From: Camelus dromedarius
Lineage: Eukaryota
Length of the DNA stretch: 64,000 nucleotides
Direction: 5' to 3'
NCBI RefSeq assembly: GCF_036321535.1
Contig: NC_087436.1
Span: forward strand, 27,096,001-27,160,000
Shown: positions 13,681 to 28,195 of the stretch, piece by piece
Layout: every line of letters begins with the position of its first letter
Numbering within the stretch: position 1 is the stretch's first letter
Translations under genes and position numbers: made by a program
The notes under the pieces: model-generated
What the model was told of the DNA's origin: nothing
What the model saw: only the letters and a program-made list of their open reading frames with translations
The model's database searches: none

Positions 13681-15615
13681 ACCAAAGGTAAAATTGTTCT
13701 CTCCAGGTCAGATCTAGAACTACAGTGTAAATACAATGTGTTCTACCTACATCATCATGTATTCACTCTGGAAAACATTTCTTTAGAACAACTGTTTTTT
13801 GGGTCTTTTTTCCTCTCATTTCTTTTCAGTTATTTGTGCTTATTTTTACCTAATGAAATATGTAGTATATCTTTCACATGCTGCTACTTCTCTTCACTTA
13901 AATTAACATGATCAATTCTCATCACAGGCCAACTAGCTATGCTTTTTTTTGGTACAGTTATTTCAGTAGATACATTGTGAGGATTTTAATAACATTTTAC
14001 CACTTTAATACCAATTCATCTCTATACCTGAAGTGAAACTCTCTCAATACATGTACTTGCCATTAGTTGATACCTAAACTCTAAAACTATTTAAATTTTC
14101 TTTGATTTCATAAAGCAATTAAAACTTTATTTATTATAGATCTGATCTCTATATAATAAAATAAAAATAAAAAGGAAAAAAGATACAATTTCTTATCAAT
14201 AAATATTCATCTGGCACTCAGTAGGTTTTTACTGTCCTGGCATGGTATCCTGTGTTGATATAAGCTTTGTGCTAACTAAGGTATTGGGCACATAGGGGTC
14301 TCAAACCAGTTTGGCTGATGAATGATCATGTTTTTGTTCAAAGAGAAGAATCATAAAGGACAATCAGGCAGTTGGTGTATTTTGCACAGAAATTAACCTT
14401 GTTTGAAGTTCTGCTTCATTTTCATAGTTTATAAGATATATTTGGAGTAAATAAAGTTTTCCATCAAAACAAATCCCCAGGCCAAAATAAAACCCAGTGT
14501 TCACTTGTCAGGAAGACATCCATTCCTATGAGAAAAACTGCTGAATTTTCAATGTGCTTGATTGTACTATTTTCAGATCACACATTGACAAGCATTTTGC
14601 CCTGAAGATGGTATGGTCAAGCCTGTTTAAAATTCATAGGTATTTTTCTCCTTACCAAGATGAATAGCTCAGCATTGAACACTTTATGTAGGTTAAAGCA
14701 CCCCTCCCCAAATTTTAAATGTTCCTGGCAGCCTTCTTATCATGTAACCTGAACAACTTTGACAACATTTCCCTACTTGCCAGAATCTCATTACTACTGG
14801 CCAAGGTACACCATTTAATTTAAGATTTGCACACTGTGTTGGTCTCTTGCATGTGAACTTTCACTTTCCCTGTAAACTTGTGGAGTGGGATTCATTGATT
14901 AGAAGTTAATCTTTTATACTTTTCTATAAATATATACAGCATTACAAAATATTGATCTAGGATTGATCTTTAAGAATTCAAATTGGGTTGTTATAAAGTT
15001 TAAGCCTTTTATCATATAGATAATGTTGTCATTCAAACTTACTATTGTTTTAAAATCTGACCTGGAAAATTTTGTTGTAAGAAGTATCGTTTAGCTGGTT
15101 TTGCAGACCCTAAGCAAAGGCAGACACTTTTCCATTTATGACAAAAGAAAGGTCAACCAGTTTAGGGACAACAGAACTTGAGACTTTGAACACTAATAAA
15201 GTGTATGATGAAAACCTTGGGTTTACACTCTGAAAATAGAACTTTATAGATTACATAGATTTAAAAACTTATTAATAAGCATACACATATACATCTTCTA
15301 AAAGGATATACAACAGACTACTATAATGAATTTGTATGTGTATATAAATTATATATATAAATATATATTATATATTTATATATAAAAGAAAAAGGTAAGA
15401 ATCCCTGGTCAGTATGGTTTAGAGAGGAGATCAAAATCCAAATATTTACATGTTTAACCTAAATGAATGAAGTGTCCAGTGTGGAAATGTGACAACTGCA
15501 GTGATCATGTCTCATCTACCCATTGTGCCATGCAGAAAAAATTCCAGATTTTCCAAATTTTTTTTATTCTACCAATTAAGCCAATATTCCTATTTTAAAA
15601 TTAAATAACATTATT

Positions 15616-16755
15616 GCATTCATTTTCTATTACTGTATAAGAAGTTACCACACAACCTAGCACCTTAAACAACACTCATTCATTAGTTCTACAGGTCAGG
15701 AATAAGTTAGCTCATCAAAAATTCTCTGCATATGGTCTTATAAAGCTGAAATCAAGGTGCTGATCAGACTGGTCTCTGGGAGGTTCTGGGGAAGAATCTA
15801 CTTCAAAATGTATTTAAGTGTTTGACTGAATTCATTTCCTTGTGGTTATAGCGTGTGATTCCTGTTTCCTTGCTGGCTGTCAGCTCGGGGTTTTACTGGG
15901 CATGTAGTGTCTATCCGCATTCCTCATGATAGGGCCCTCGCATCTCCAAGTGAGCAACAGCAGGTCAAATCCTTCTCATACTTGGAACCTCTGTGACTTA
16001 TGCTGCTGCCAGCCAGAGAAAATTAGAATGTTTAAAATTCCTTTTAAAGGGTTCACGTTGTTGTTGGCAAGAAGGTTCTGGTCTTGTCGCAGAAAGAATT
16101 CAGAAACAAGACATGGAGGTCAAGAAAGTAAAGCAAAGATTTATTAAGGAATAGATAGTACGCTCTCAAGGAAAGAGCAGGCAGACCCAGGTAGGTAACT
16201 TCCCCGAGTTTCTTTGGCAAGCTGGTTATATGGGTGTAAAAATGAATGGACAGAATATTCATTCGCAGGAATGGGTTTGGGGTAATCTTTCCTGATCTTC
16301 ACCCCAGCTCCACCTTCCTAGGGGTGAGGGGAGGGATTTCTTGTCCTTATTTAGTCTTGATTGGGAAATCAGATGAGGTCATGATGAACAAAAAGCTGCA
16401 TTCAGACAGAGGCCATAATGAACCTCTGTCCAAATACACAAATTGTGATGATTTTAACAAACCTTTTCTGCCATTTGGCCTGTGTCCCCCTTTCTCTGCT
16501 CATATCTAGCTAACTACCTGCTTTAACAATGTGATTAGATTGTACCCACCTAGATAATCTCCTTATTGATTAGCTAAAAGTTAACAGATTAGAAACCTTA
16601 GTTACATCTGAAATATCCCTCACATCAGAAAAATCTCTTTTGCCATTTAAGGTAACATATAGTCATGGCTGTGATATCTATCATAGTTCAGTCTTGGAGA
16701 TTTAAGTGGGAAATTTTCGAAGTGGGGATGCTGTTTCAGAATTCTACCTACCACA
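15616..16755 (-). mobile_element. MaLR LTR (MLT1E-like) split by a younger LTR
   Basis: GCTGAAATCAAGGTG...GGTTCTGGGGAAGAATC...TTCCTTGCTGGCTGTCAGC, then TTTTAAAGGGTTCAC / ATGTGATTAGATTGTACCCACCTAGATAATCTCC...TTCTACCTACCACA on either side of the insert. Confidence 0.8.
16059..16528 (-). mobile_element. Solo ERV LTR (ERV1-like), 470 bp
   Basis: TGTT...AACA termini, minus-strand AATAAA at 16140-16145, 4-bp flanks ACGT (16055-16058) / ATGT (16529-16532); interrupts a contiguous MLT1 sequence. Confidence 0.85.
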
Positions 16756-17429
16756 ATTCCCTAAGACACATTTATGAGCTAAACAAAACAAATTTTCATA
16801 GAATATGAGGTATGTTTTAGACTTCTGAGAGCAGGATGTTTGCCCTTGTCCACCCATACTTACTTCCTCATTCTAGAGATGCCTCGGTATGTGCTACGAG
16901 TCTTCTGGGATCTTATATTGTTCTTGACAAACATTCTCATTCTCACTTTACAATGTTGCCTGTTTGCTTTGACTTTTTATTTCTGAGTTTACAATCTTTA
17001 AATCTTCAAATGTCTAATGACCACTTATGTTTCTTAAGTATAACATTTTTATAACAAATATTACTCTGTGCTATTCTCTACAAAGAGCTGGCTGCCTGGA
17101 CTTTTGGAAATTCTCGTAAAGGCTTTGTCTTATTTCTTTGGCTTCCAAGTGTTCTTTCTACAAAAGAAACAATTATTTTACTTGTGTTTTCTGCCCTATT
17201 ATTCTTTGTTCTTCTGGAGCAACTAGGAGTTTTACTTGCATTTTGACATAAGAGGTCACTTCTGATTTAAGCCTTAAATGAAAATAGATTACTCTCTCCC
17301 AACCTTCACCATCTGTAGGTGACCTTGTCTTCTACTTCTCAGAAAAAGAAAAGCAAGAATCCATTAGTTGAGGGGAAAACACTCAACTTGCTATCAACAA
17401 GTCTCTCCATCTCTACCTACATTCCCCAC

Positions 17430-18090
17430 TTATAATGTACGTCTCTTGTATGCCAAGTACTGTTCTAGTCCATGAATAAAAAACTATGGCCAAAAATATA
17501 ACCCTTCTGTCACTGCTTCAAAGGTTGCAGAAGACAGCAGACAGTAAATAAAGCAATTCAGTGTGTATAATGTCAAGTTGGATAAGTATATGAGGAAAAA
17601 AGATAATAAAGTAGGACGAGAAACAGAAAATAGTATCATGGTCGGATGAGGAGGGTTGTTCTGTTAAATGTGGTGTCAGGCAAGTCCTCTCCAAGAGAGT
17701 AATAACTGGGAGAAGGCTTGCAGGTAAAGAGGAAATGAACAGTCAGCACTTCTCAGGGAGGGGCTCCCAGTCAGAGAACAGGCTTCCTGTTCTCTGAAGC
17801 TGAAGCATGTCTAATGTATTTGAGGAAGAGTTTGGAGGCTCATTTGGTTACAACAAACTGTTGAAGAGAGAAAAAGAGAGTAACAGAGTCTGGATTGTTC
17901 AGGAATTTGTGTGCCATAGTAAGGACTTTAGCTTTAATTCTGAGTGAAATAGGAAGTCATTGGAAGATTTTAATCAAAAGGTAATGTGATCTGATGTCGT
18001 TTTTAAGGAATCACTTTGGGTGCTGTTGAAAACACAATGTAGGCAAAAGACAGAAGCAGGGATATTAAATGAGTGCCACAGCAATTATCC
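17430..18090. mobile_element. L2 LINE remnant
   Basis: TATGCCAAGTACTGTTCTAG...GCCATAGTAAGGACTTTAGCTTTAATTCTGAGTGAAATAGGAAGTCATTGGAAGATTTTAA...GTGATCTGA...TTTTAAGGAATCACTTTGGGTGCTG. Confidence 0.8.
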
Positions 18091-20075
18091 AGAAATTGTG
18101 TTGGTCAATATTGCTGTCATATTTTTGGTATAAAATCTGGGGAGAAAATCATTGCAATCTGGGTTTAAACTTTTCACAGAAAAGAGGTAACTGGAAACCA
18201 TACGTGAATTTTGTATTTTTTATAGCTCAGTGTTAAATTTTATAATCTAGGTTGAGTTATAAGAAATGACAATGTAAAATTCCAAAGCACTTCATTGTTT
18301 CTAAGGAGAAAGACACATAAGTTTTTCCTTATTAAAAGGGATTAGCCCAATAACAGTATCCTTGAAGATAAGAATGATTTTCATGACTGAGCATTGATTT
18401 GACTCTCAACATTTCTCTAATCATTCTGACTATTGAACATGAGTGAATACTAACTACATACACAATGCCAGTAACTTAGTGCAGATCAACAACAATTCTC
18501 GGGTAGATAATTATTGAACAAGTGTCTAATTGGTCTTCCTGTCATCCATTCATTCTTCTGAACAACAGAGAGAATTATTCTTCTAAACCCTAAAGTACTG
18601 CTCTACTTAAAATCTTTATCTGGTCCTCTCTGCAGAAAATTTGAATTCCTTAAAATGTTGTAAATAATCATTCATGATCTTATCACTTTCCTTCATAAAT
18701 ACTTTTAGAATCCCCTGTGCCTTCCCTGGTAGCACCAATTAGAATAAAATAAATCAGTTTATATAAGTTATTAGTTCTGTTAAAGTATATATGTTTATTA
18801 CTGAAATGTATTAGACATTTTAAAATTATTTTGAGTAGACCAAAATCATTGGTCTGTATTTATATATGTATGTAATTAAATAGATATTTATGACTACCTA
18901 TAGATGTTCTAATTCTAATATTCTAATATTATTTGTTTACATTATCTAGACTTAATTGTACAGCTCTATGTATTATAAAGTTAAGTACACATTTATTTCA
19001 AACCAAATACTAAATGTATTTGAGAAAATAGTAGATTAAAATCAAGTGCCCTTTTAAGTACGCTATGTTGAAAATTACGTACACCACAAGCTGATTCTAA
19101 TAGTATTCATTATAAAACAAAAAATATGAATTTGACCCTTTTTAGATCAAATTTAAGATAATAGGCTACTGAGATAACAAATTACCATAATTATGATTTG
19201 GCTTCACCTACAAAGCAATTCCATGCTGGAATTTGGATGGCAACTTTAAAATCTGTTGTACTTTCTAATGCATTTGAACACCATTGTGGGATTTATTTCT
19301 TCAAAGACATTGCTCTTGTCTACAAGGAGTAAGCATAGATGAGCTTACTCTATTAATAGAGTCCTGAAATAAATCATTGTGACCCACATAACTTGCATTC
19401 CCTTTCAGAAATGTGTGTAATTTCTCAAGGGATCACGTGAAAAGCTGCAGAGTGCCAAACAGCACTATATGTCTAGATGATAATGTCTATAGATTCATCC
19501 AGAAAAAAAATGTGATACAGATACTATGGGAATGGAAAATAGAGCATTTAAGGTCACTTTGGTGGTGATGAGAGTGCTGAGTTGGATAGCTCTGCGGGTC
19601 ACATCTAATGTCATGCCATATGATTCTTTGTCTCCATCTGAAATGATGAGATTGGCCTCATTATCTTGGAATTAATAGGGCATCATAAACTAGAGATTCA
19701 GGATTAAAATTTTGAAGTCAGAATCACATTAAGTAGTGTATTATTCGATTTCATGTATATTGTGAGCAGAAATGTTTTTCCCGAAACCTGTATTTAATAT
19801 GCTAGTTTAGAGAAATCTATGAATGAAATATTTAATTATTGGATTTCATATTTTTGAGTTATAACTTTGTGCCAAACTTTTTCTCTAATATGTTTCTCTA
19901 ATATGTCTTTGCAGACATATTTTCAAATGTAGCTACTGGAAATGGGTCTTTTCCTTTTTATCCTCATCAATTGTATTAAATTTGGTTGGTTACAAATATT
20001 TTGCATTACATGTCATCATGGGCTATCATCTGTCTATCTAGGTAGATAGATGCATAGGTAGACTGCCTCCTCTAG

Positions 20076-20085
20076 ATAGATAGAC

Positions 20086-20150
<65 letters not shown>

Positions 20151-20158
20151 TTGATAGA
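20076..20158. repeat. (GATA)n tetranucleotide microsatellite
   Basis: Uninterrupted GATA run ~20086-20150 with degenerate flanks. Confidence 0.98.
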
Positions 20159-21509
20159 TTGGATAAAGAGTAATTACAAAACACTATATATATACTTTGA
20201 ATCCTTGCCATGCTTCAAAATTTTTCACCACCATACTCATGTTCCAGATCATAGAAAAAAGGAAAAAGCAGATGTGAAAACCACTCTTATTCTTTTTAAG
20301 TAAAAACCTGCCAAAGTCTGATTGTTAGTTTCTGTTGTTCAGGAGATAGTGCTATATAGCAAGGAATACTAGGAAATACAGTCTTTACCCTTTATAAATA
20401 TGTGACCAGATAAACCTGAGGATTTTAATGCTAAATATGAGAAGAGAGAATGGATTCATATTTGGGAATAAGGGGCAATCTCTGCACAGACTTATGTCCC
20501 CAGACTATTGAGGACAGGATGCAAAATAATAATAATTATGACAAAATACCAAAGATAGAACTGAAGGAATTTAAATAAAATGGACAGTGATCTAGATCAT
20601 TAAACTATGTAATAATATTTAATAAAAAATAGCCTCTGCTATTTCTCTTCTCTGGCTTAAGAATGCCTATTGGAAAGATACTGAAATTGCTGAATATGCT
20701 ATTAATGTCACTTAACATTTCACTCATATTTTTTCTGTTTTTTTTTTCTCTTTTTTTCTGTGTTTTGGGGAAAACTTTAACTTCACTTTTCCAGTGAATA
20801 ACTTTAATTTTTATCCTGTATCTGTCCTATTATTCAACCCACTTATTAAATACAGTTTAAAAATTAGCATCATATGATTAAACTGCCACATTTTATAGCA
20901 TCCTGTTTTGTTTATTAATTTGATAAGTATAATACTTTTCACTCCTTACCTGAATATCAATGATATTTAGTTTAGAACTTTAACTTCATTATCTTTATAA
21001 TTTCAACTGATATAACAAATTGATTAATTCTCAGTGATTAATTTTGACTTCAGTGTCCTCAGACCGTTGATTTTCCTCAAAAAATTGTTCACCATCTTTT
21101 TAAAAGGGTTCAATTTGACCACATTTGGAAACTAGATTCTGATTTCTCAGTCTAAATCAGAATCCCTGTCTGCATGATGATGTTTGGATGCTAAATCTGA
21201 TTACAGGCACTTTGCCTCCAGGGCATGTGAAAGCACTAGAGTGATAATGAAAGACACATGGAGTCTGGGAACAGGACCAAAGTATCGCCCTGGGCCCTGT
21301 CCAACATCTCTATTGTCACAACCATTTCTGCATCTGTGATAACTCCCATGACAGAGAGTTCTACCTGGGGCTTGCCTGCAGTCTGGTGTTCCATGTTGAA
21401 TTCTACTACTCCAAAATGAGGGGAAATGCTAAGTGGTTTTGTTGCCCTATGAGTAATTTCCTAGTGGAAGACCCTTGATTCTCTAAGCATCAAATTTCTT
21501 ACTTTGGGG

Positions 21510-21738
21510 CAGAGTTTCTCAGCCCCTGCAGTACTTACATTTTGGGCCAGGTAATTTTTTGTTGTGAAGGGCTTTTCTGGAAATTTTAGGACTTTCTTCA
21601 GACTCCCTGACCTCTAGGGTCTAGATGACACTAGCACCCATCACCCCACTTCCATGCCTAGTAATTACAACTGAAAATGTCTTTAGACATTGCCAAAGGT
21701 CCTGTAGGAAGCAAAACAGCCCCAGCTGAAAACCAGTG
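21510..21738. mobile_element. MER20 hAT-Charlie MITE
   Basis: CAGAGTTTCTCAGCC...ACATTTTGGGCCAGGTAATTTTTTGTTGTG...AAAATGTCTTTAGACATTGCCAAA...TGAAAACCAGTG with degenerate terminal inverted repeats. Confidence 0.88.
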
Positions 21739-24296
21739 CTTTAAGGATTATACAGGGGTAGGGGGAATGGAGAAGTGGGGGAGAAGGTTACTCATAAAAA
21801 ACATGTTTTGTGGCAAGATATATTGTTGTCACGCTGGGGTGCTTGGTGCTTATCTTCTAATTTTGTGTCAGTCATTTTGTTTTCAGTAAATTCTGACTCA
21901 TCTTGCTATTAAGAGCCACTGTTCCAGAGTTTTCCGGTTACCTGCTTTTACATAATTAACTTCACATCATCATTTTATAACACTGACCTCTTATAATTCT
22001 CTTTTCCCTTCAATTATAGAGCACATTCCCTCCTCATTTTTCTTCTGTGCCATTTCTTCTTTGCTTCCGCAGTGTTGCCTTTTTTCCAACACTCCAGAGC
22101 CTCCCCTCCAGTCCCAGTTTGCTCTGGATACTTCTGCTCTGTTGCCATAGCACCCTGAGTCTATACTCTTTGACTGCAGGTTCTGGAGTGAAAAAGCCTA
22201 GATGTAAAATGTATGGGCTCAGCAAGTCTTAAAATGATCTAAGGCTCATTTTTCCACAAGTGAGGTGTGGGTTTGTAATAGACACCTCATCATGGGGATT
22301 TTTTTTTAAATGTTGCATGCAATTCACTTAACACAGATGCTATCACATAGTAAGTACTCCATAAATGTTGAATTGTATTTGCATAGTACTTATGATTTTC
22401 CATTGAAATTGAAGAGTTGCTTGTGTCTCCACTAGATTCTTAGTTGTTTGAGAGCTAAGATTTTGGGCTTTTTAGATATAACATTTCAAATTACTAACGT
22501 ATTGTCTAGTCCGTAAGAGACTTTGACTCATGTATATGTACATATAATGAACAGAGTTACCTAAGCCTGAATTAAAAAACTATTAGGATAATTAAGAATG
22601 AAAAATTATTTCATGTGTCATTAATATTTAACTTTCCCAGAACTGTCCTTGATAAGTCAATTAATGTGTAAAATATGCCAAATTACAACAATAAATGTTC
22701 CTTTCCTTGGATTATTATATTTCTCATATTTGACAAAAAGGACTAATACTTTAATTGTCTAACAAAAATATTTAAACATTTAACAAAAAATGGTAATTTT
22801 TTAAATCTTCAAAATGTGAACTTAAGAAGACTCTTACACGTAAAGCAATACTATAATAATGACACTATTAATAATGTAAAATGCATTTTTATTCTTTGCA
22901 ACAAGTATTAATTGTAAGAGATTTCCCTAGACTATGAAGCATTTAAATATGAGTCACATATATCCCCTACTCTTAAGTAGTTCACAATTTAGAAAGAAAA
23001 TCATTTATTGAAAATAAAGAATGGATTGGAAGAGAATAATCTTGGACTACAAAGAAAAGAGAAATTAATTTAACCACAGAGTCTCAGGTAAACTTGATAG
23101 GGTCAATTTAACTCAAGTTTGACAAATGGTAAAATGTTTTCCAGGAATAAAATGTACATTAGTTGTAGGAAAAAGACTTGAGTCAAGGTATGAATTGTAG
23201 AAAAGCAGTTCATATCCACGAAATGTAGTTCAGGGAATGAGTGTAGAATTTGTGAAAGGAGACAGTGGAAAGAGACGGCCAGAGAGATTATAATCAGTTC
23301 CTATGGGACATTGAAGAAGAGGATGGAGGTGAGAAAGCAGGGGAGGCTGATCAGCAGGAACTGATGATGACATCAGTCAGCAGCCCATGATCTAGAATGA
23401 AGGATCAATGAGGCAAATTGAGAATAATTTAATAATTTACACATTTGCATGTAGGTGCTGAAAGACTGGTACTTGTCATTTTAATTGCTATAAAGTTAAT
23501 ATTGAGGCAAAAAAGAAACAAATCAACTCATTATTAGGACTAATTCTATGAAAGTCTCTTAAAGAAAATATTTTGATAGATTTTCCTAATCTAGTAGAGA
23601 TAGGGAATAAAATATGGACAAAGATAGAAAAGATTGTGGTTAGATGAAATGGATCTTTGCAAAACATCAGAAACTTTTAATCATTATAATGTGTTACAGT
23701 TAGAAACTGATGAAAAAGTGATATGCTTTAAAAGCCCATGAAAAATGTTTTCCTAATGTTTCATAACATCTGTATGTTTATCAGCAATTCCCAGCAATCT
23801 GTATGGCAAAATATAAATATGAAGATATCACAATTCTTAAAAAGCTTGGAATAACTTTCACTGATTGTTGTTTTATTTAACACTATATCATAGAGTTTAT
23901 ATTAACATTAGCAGTGCTAAGCTTTTTTTGCAAGCAGATGAGATAGCATTATGTATTTAATGATATCTTGACAGTATATTGATGATTGTGTAGCAACATG
24001 TATATGGGGAGATAAGCATTTTTAATCTGCTGTCAGATTAAACTAGTTGAAGAAAAATGTGCTAGAATGTTCCACTGTTACTTTATATGTCTTTGACATC
24101 GAGCTTCAGAACAGCAGCATTCAGTGACTTATAGCCTGCTCTACTTTAAATGTTTGTAAAGAAATGTATGATTCAATTAAGTTTCCAAAGGCTTATTTCT
24201 GTAGACAAAGTACATTGTCAATTGCTGGATGTCTGTTGACACAAATATGAAGTCATAGTTATGGTTACATTCTTATTTGCATGCAACAACTCTTTC

Positions 24297-24640
24297 GTTT
24301 TTAACAACTTTATTTTTTAGAGAAATTATAGGTTCACATCAACTTCAACTGAAGGTACTGAGATTTCCATGTACCCTCTACCTCCACACATGTGCAGCCT
24401 CTCCCATTATCCACATCCCCTACCAGAGTGGTTCATTCAGGACAAGTGATGAACTTGCACTGACACATCATTATCACCCAGTGTCCATAGTTTACATGAA
24501 GGCTCACTGTTGATCTTGTACATTCCATAGGTTTGGTGAATGTACAGTGACATGTTTCCACCATTATAGTATCTTACAGAGTAGTTTCACTGCCCTGAAA
24601 ATCCCCTGTGCTCCATCTCTTCATCTCTCCTTCCCCTGTA
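24297..24640 (-). mobile_element. Old L1 (L1MC1-like) 3' end
   Basis: CTTTATTTTTTAGAG...AGGTTCACA...CCAGAGTGGT...ACTGACACATCATTATCACCCA...GTAGTTTCACTGCCCTGAAAATCCCCTGTGCTC. Confidence 0.85.
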
Positions 24641-25649
24641 CCAGCTCCCTTTAAATGGTGTAAATAAATAACATGATAATCTTTTATATAGCAGTAGTAC
24701 CAAAATAAGAAAGGTAAAATGGATAAAATAAAATAAACAAATCATGGCCATTCCTGTGGAAGTGATGAATTAGTGTAATTGTATCTTAACAAATGTTAAT
24801 GATAATTTATAGATCAACAGATCTTTATGATGATTTAATGCTTTTATAAAAATGAAAAAGTCCTAAAATTACAATTCTTTGCCACGATTCTTATGCCAGA
24901 ATTATAAAGATATAAAATGCAACATGAAAAAATGGTAGCATATTACAGTAATGTATGCCTTTGCCATTTTAACAGTAGTGCCAGAATTTCAGATATTTGT
25001 TTTGTTGGATGAACAAATCATTTGAAGCATCGGAACAGTTAATTCAATTGCAAGTAGTGTTGCCGTTTATTTGAAAAATAAATATTTATTTTAATATAGA
25101 TTAGAATTAATTTTCAATTCTGTTTTAGTCATGCATAAAACCATGTATGAAATATAGTAACAAAAACAAAGCATCTCAATGTCATATAATCTGTCTCAAA
25201 TAGATGCTATTTAAGTATATGTTCTTTGACATTGCCATTGGAATATAAGTCTGCCAAGACATAATTTTCCTCAAAATTTAATCAGAGTTCTTTCAAACAC
25301 CAAAGTTAAAAATAACTGCTATTTTTTATATTGATTTAGGCCTCATTGAATCCCATAGAGGTTTTAATGTTACATACATATTATATGTACATATATACGT
25401 ATGTATAATATGTAATGTATATATAATATATATGCAATAAAAACATGAAAAAGGAATATAAACATAAAATTGAAGATGCAGACAAAAAGTAAATTTAGTT
25501 TTGAGTCCCACTCAGATGTAAAATGTGGAATGTGAGCAAAAATGTTTTAGTCTCTTCCTGTAAGCTTTTAAAAACAAAATATGAATCATCATAATTTATA
25601 GAATTAATGTTAAGTAAAAAGAAAATTATGTCAATTCCAGAGAGGGACC

Positions 25650-26710
25650 TTCAAAACATCTCTCTAATCAATTTTGTTCTTTCTCTGTCTTACACTAGCA
25701 CAAGTCCCAGCATCTTGCATGTAGACTATTAAAGTAGCTTCCTAATCGGTGGTCTCCTTTCACTTTTCAGAACTCCTATGCATACATATAATAGATTCTC
25801 TACTGAAGAGTTTGATTCTTTAAGAATGAGCATATATTATGTCATTTCTTTCCAACAAACTTCCACTGGCTACCCTAAACCCTTGGAATAAAATCTGAAT
25901 TTCTTTATCTCATGTGTCCATACACTATTTGGCTTTTGAAGGTAACTATGACTCATTTAACAGTTGTCTGATCTCTTCTTCATTCCAGTTACATTGAACA
26001 TTTCCACCATTCTGAAGCACTCATAAAAGCCCTTAAATCAAGGACCTGACACTTGCTATCTGCAAACATGCAACACACGTAATTCTGATATGTAAACGTC
26101 TTGCTTTCTTGTTTCATGTCTGAGCGGTTCAGAAGTCTTTTCTTACGAACCTTCATTTTTAAAAAGCAACCACATTTGAGTTTTGTAGATATCACCTTCT
26201 CAGTGACGGCTTCTCTGACTACCACCTCACTCCCTCTCCAACTTCCTTGATTTATTTTTCTCCATGGCATTTGCCTCCTTCTAATATACTATTTCACTTA
26301 CTGTTTCTGTTTCTGTCTTTGTTTCCTTTTTTGTCTATCTCTCCCTAGAATGAAAGCTCTTTGAGAAAAGAAATAGGATTTTTTGTATGCTTTGTTCAGT
26401 GCTGTATCCCCAGTGCCTAGAACCGTCTCTGGCACCTACAGTTGCTAAATAAACATTTGTGGACTGAGTGAAAAAAGTAAATAGATTTTCAAAAAAGTGA
26501 CCCCAGTCTTTCTCTAGTCTCCCTCCTCACCCTACTTAATTTTTCTGTATGACACTTAATGTTATCCATCATTGTACATTTATTGATTTTTTTTATCTTC
26601 TCACTGGAATTAAGCTCTGTAAGCTAAGGAACTGTTTTTATCTACTCTGGGACCACTGGACACAACACATATTGGGAAGTCAATAAAATTTTAGCTAATA
26701 AATGAAACAA
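25650..26710. mobile_element. L2 LINE remnants (at least two 3' ends)
   Basis: CCCTAGAATGAAAGCTCTTTGAG...TTTGTTCAGTGCTGTATCCCCAGTGCCTAGAACCGTCTCTGGCAC...AATAAACATTTGTGGACTGAGTGAA; a second degenerate tail at 26500-26705. Confidence 0.8.
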
Positions 26711-28084
26711 TTAATAATTGACACAAAAACATAGTTTTTTTTTTCTGTCACTTATAACTGAATTTATCAAAAGGTTCTCATAAGGGAGACTACAATGCCT
26801 TTCAATATCTGCAACAATTTACCTAAATGGTAGAATAGTCAAGTTTGTAAAATTGTTTAGTTTAGCGTTTGTAACTATAATCCAAGATATAATTTCAAAG
26901 CGTAACTCAAGAGAAGCCATACTTTTGTGGCAAGGCATAAGGGAAAGACATGTAAAACAATGTGATCTAAATTGCAGATTTATACAATTCCAGCTTGGTC
27001 CCCGTATAATAAATAAATTAGAAGAATGGTTGATGATGCCCTCCATACACTGGCCATAAATTTCTCTCAAAGGGGTTTTTGATCAAAGCTTGGCAATAAA
27101 AATCTAAGGTTACATTTTGTGAAAAGACTTGGGAACATTAAATATAGTATTAAACCCATACCAAGAAGAAAATGAATTACAAATCACATAAATATATTTT
27201 ATTTAAAATATTTTTCATAGTTTTGAAGTTTCAAATTCAAACTTAAAAATGATTTCTATCTTTGTAATTGTCTACTGTGGTTAAGAGCATTCCCTATAGA
27301 TCTGAGCTGACTTTTCAACAGCAAAGATATCTTTGCATGGAAGACTAATATCAAAAATGATGTAGAAGTGTGGAGGCACTGTAGAACATTAATTTATTCC
27401 ACGTTGGCAACTGCTTCTGAATTTTAAATCTCATCTTAAAAGCCGCTCAAGATTCTATCTAAATATGGAGTCTCTAAATATCTTAGTTAGAAGTATGTTT
27501 TTTTAAACTCAAAATTTGATTATTAGAAAAATAAAAATAAAAGTTACAGATTTTATGATAAATGGTGTTTCTCTTTCCACCTTGCCCTTTATACATTTAT
27601 TCCTGGTACTTTTTTAAATATAATAAAGCCCTCAAGGTCAGCATCATATTTCTTATGCTAACTTTTCTTATTGTGGGCAGTAAAGAAAAAGGCTGTCATT
27701 TTTTTCCACACAGCCCCATTTCTGGATTGGCCAAATGTAAGAAGAAAAAGCTTCAGAATTTATTCTAATGGTTAAAATGATTATAGTTTAAAATCTGATC
27801 AGATAGAAAATCCAAAGTTTTTCTTAAAGTAGATATTTCTTTTACAAGGCAATTAGAGCTACAAGTAATCCATCAATATTTAATGATGAATCTCAGTGAT
27901 ATAAAGCAACAGAGAAATGATGGTGATATGTGCTGAAGATACCATGGATGATTGCTTTAAAATTGTAGTCAATAGAGTCACAATACTAACTTGATATTTT
28001 GCTAGTGTATTACCCTTAAATACTACTATTTTTATAGGTAGCAAAAATAATGGAAATGACAGTCTTGTCTGCATTTGTTAATCT

Positions 28085-28195
28085 TTTATTTTCCTTAATT
28101 GCTTTTTCTCGAAGCCAAACAGAAGTATTGGGGACTGAACCCAGGACCTCATGAATGCTAGGCAGGCACTCTGCCAATGAGCTATCTCTCTCCCC
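28085..28195 (-). mobile_element. tRNA-Ala-derived SINE (Vic-1-like, camelid)
   Basis: Minus strand reads GGGGAGAGAGATAGCTCATTGGCAGAGTGCCTGCCTAGCATTCATGAGGTCCTGGGTTCAGTCCCCAATACTTC (A and B boxes, degenerate tRNA-Ala body) followed by an A-rich tail. Confidence 0.8.

Noticed and set aside
28122..28195. Functional tRNA gene
   Set aside because: The acceptor and anticodon regions are degenerate and it is followed by an A-rich tail; better explained as a SINE
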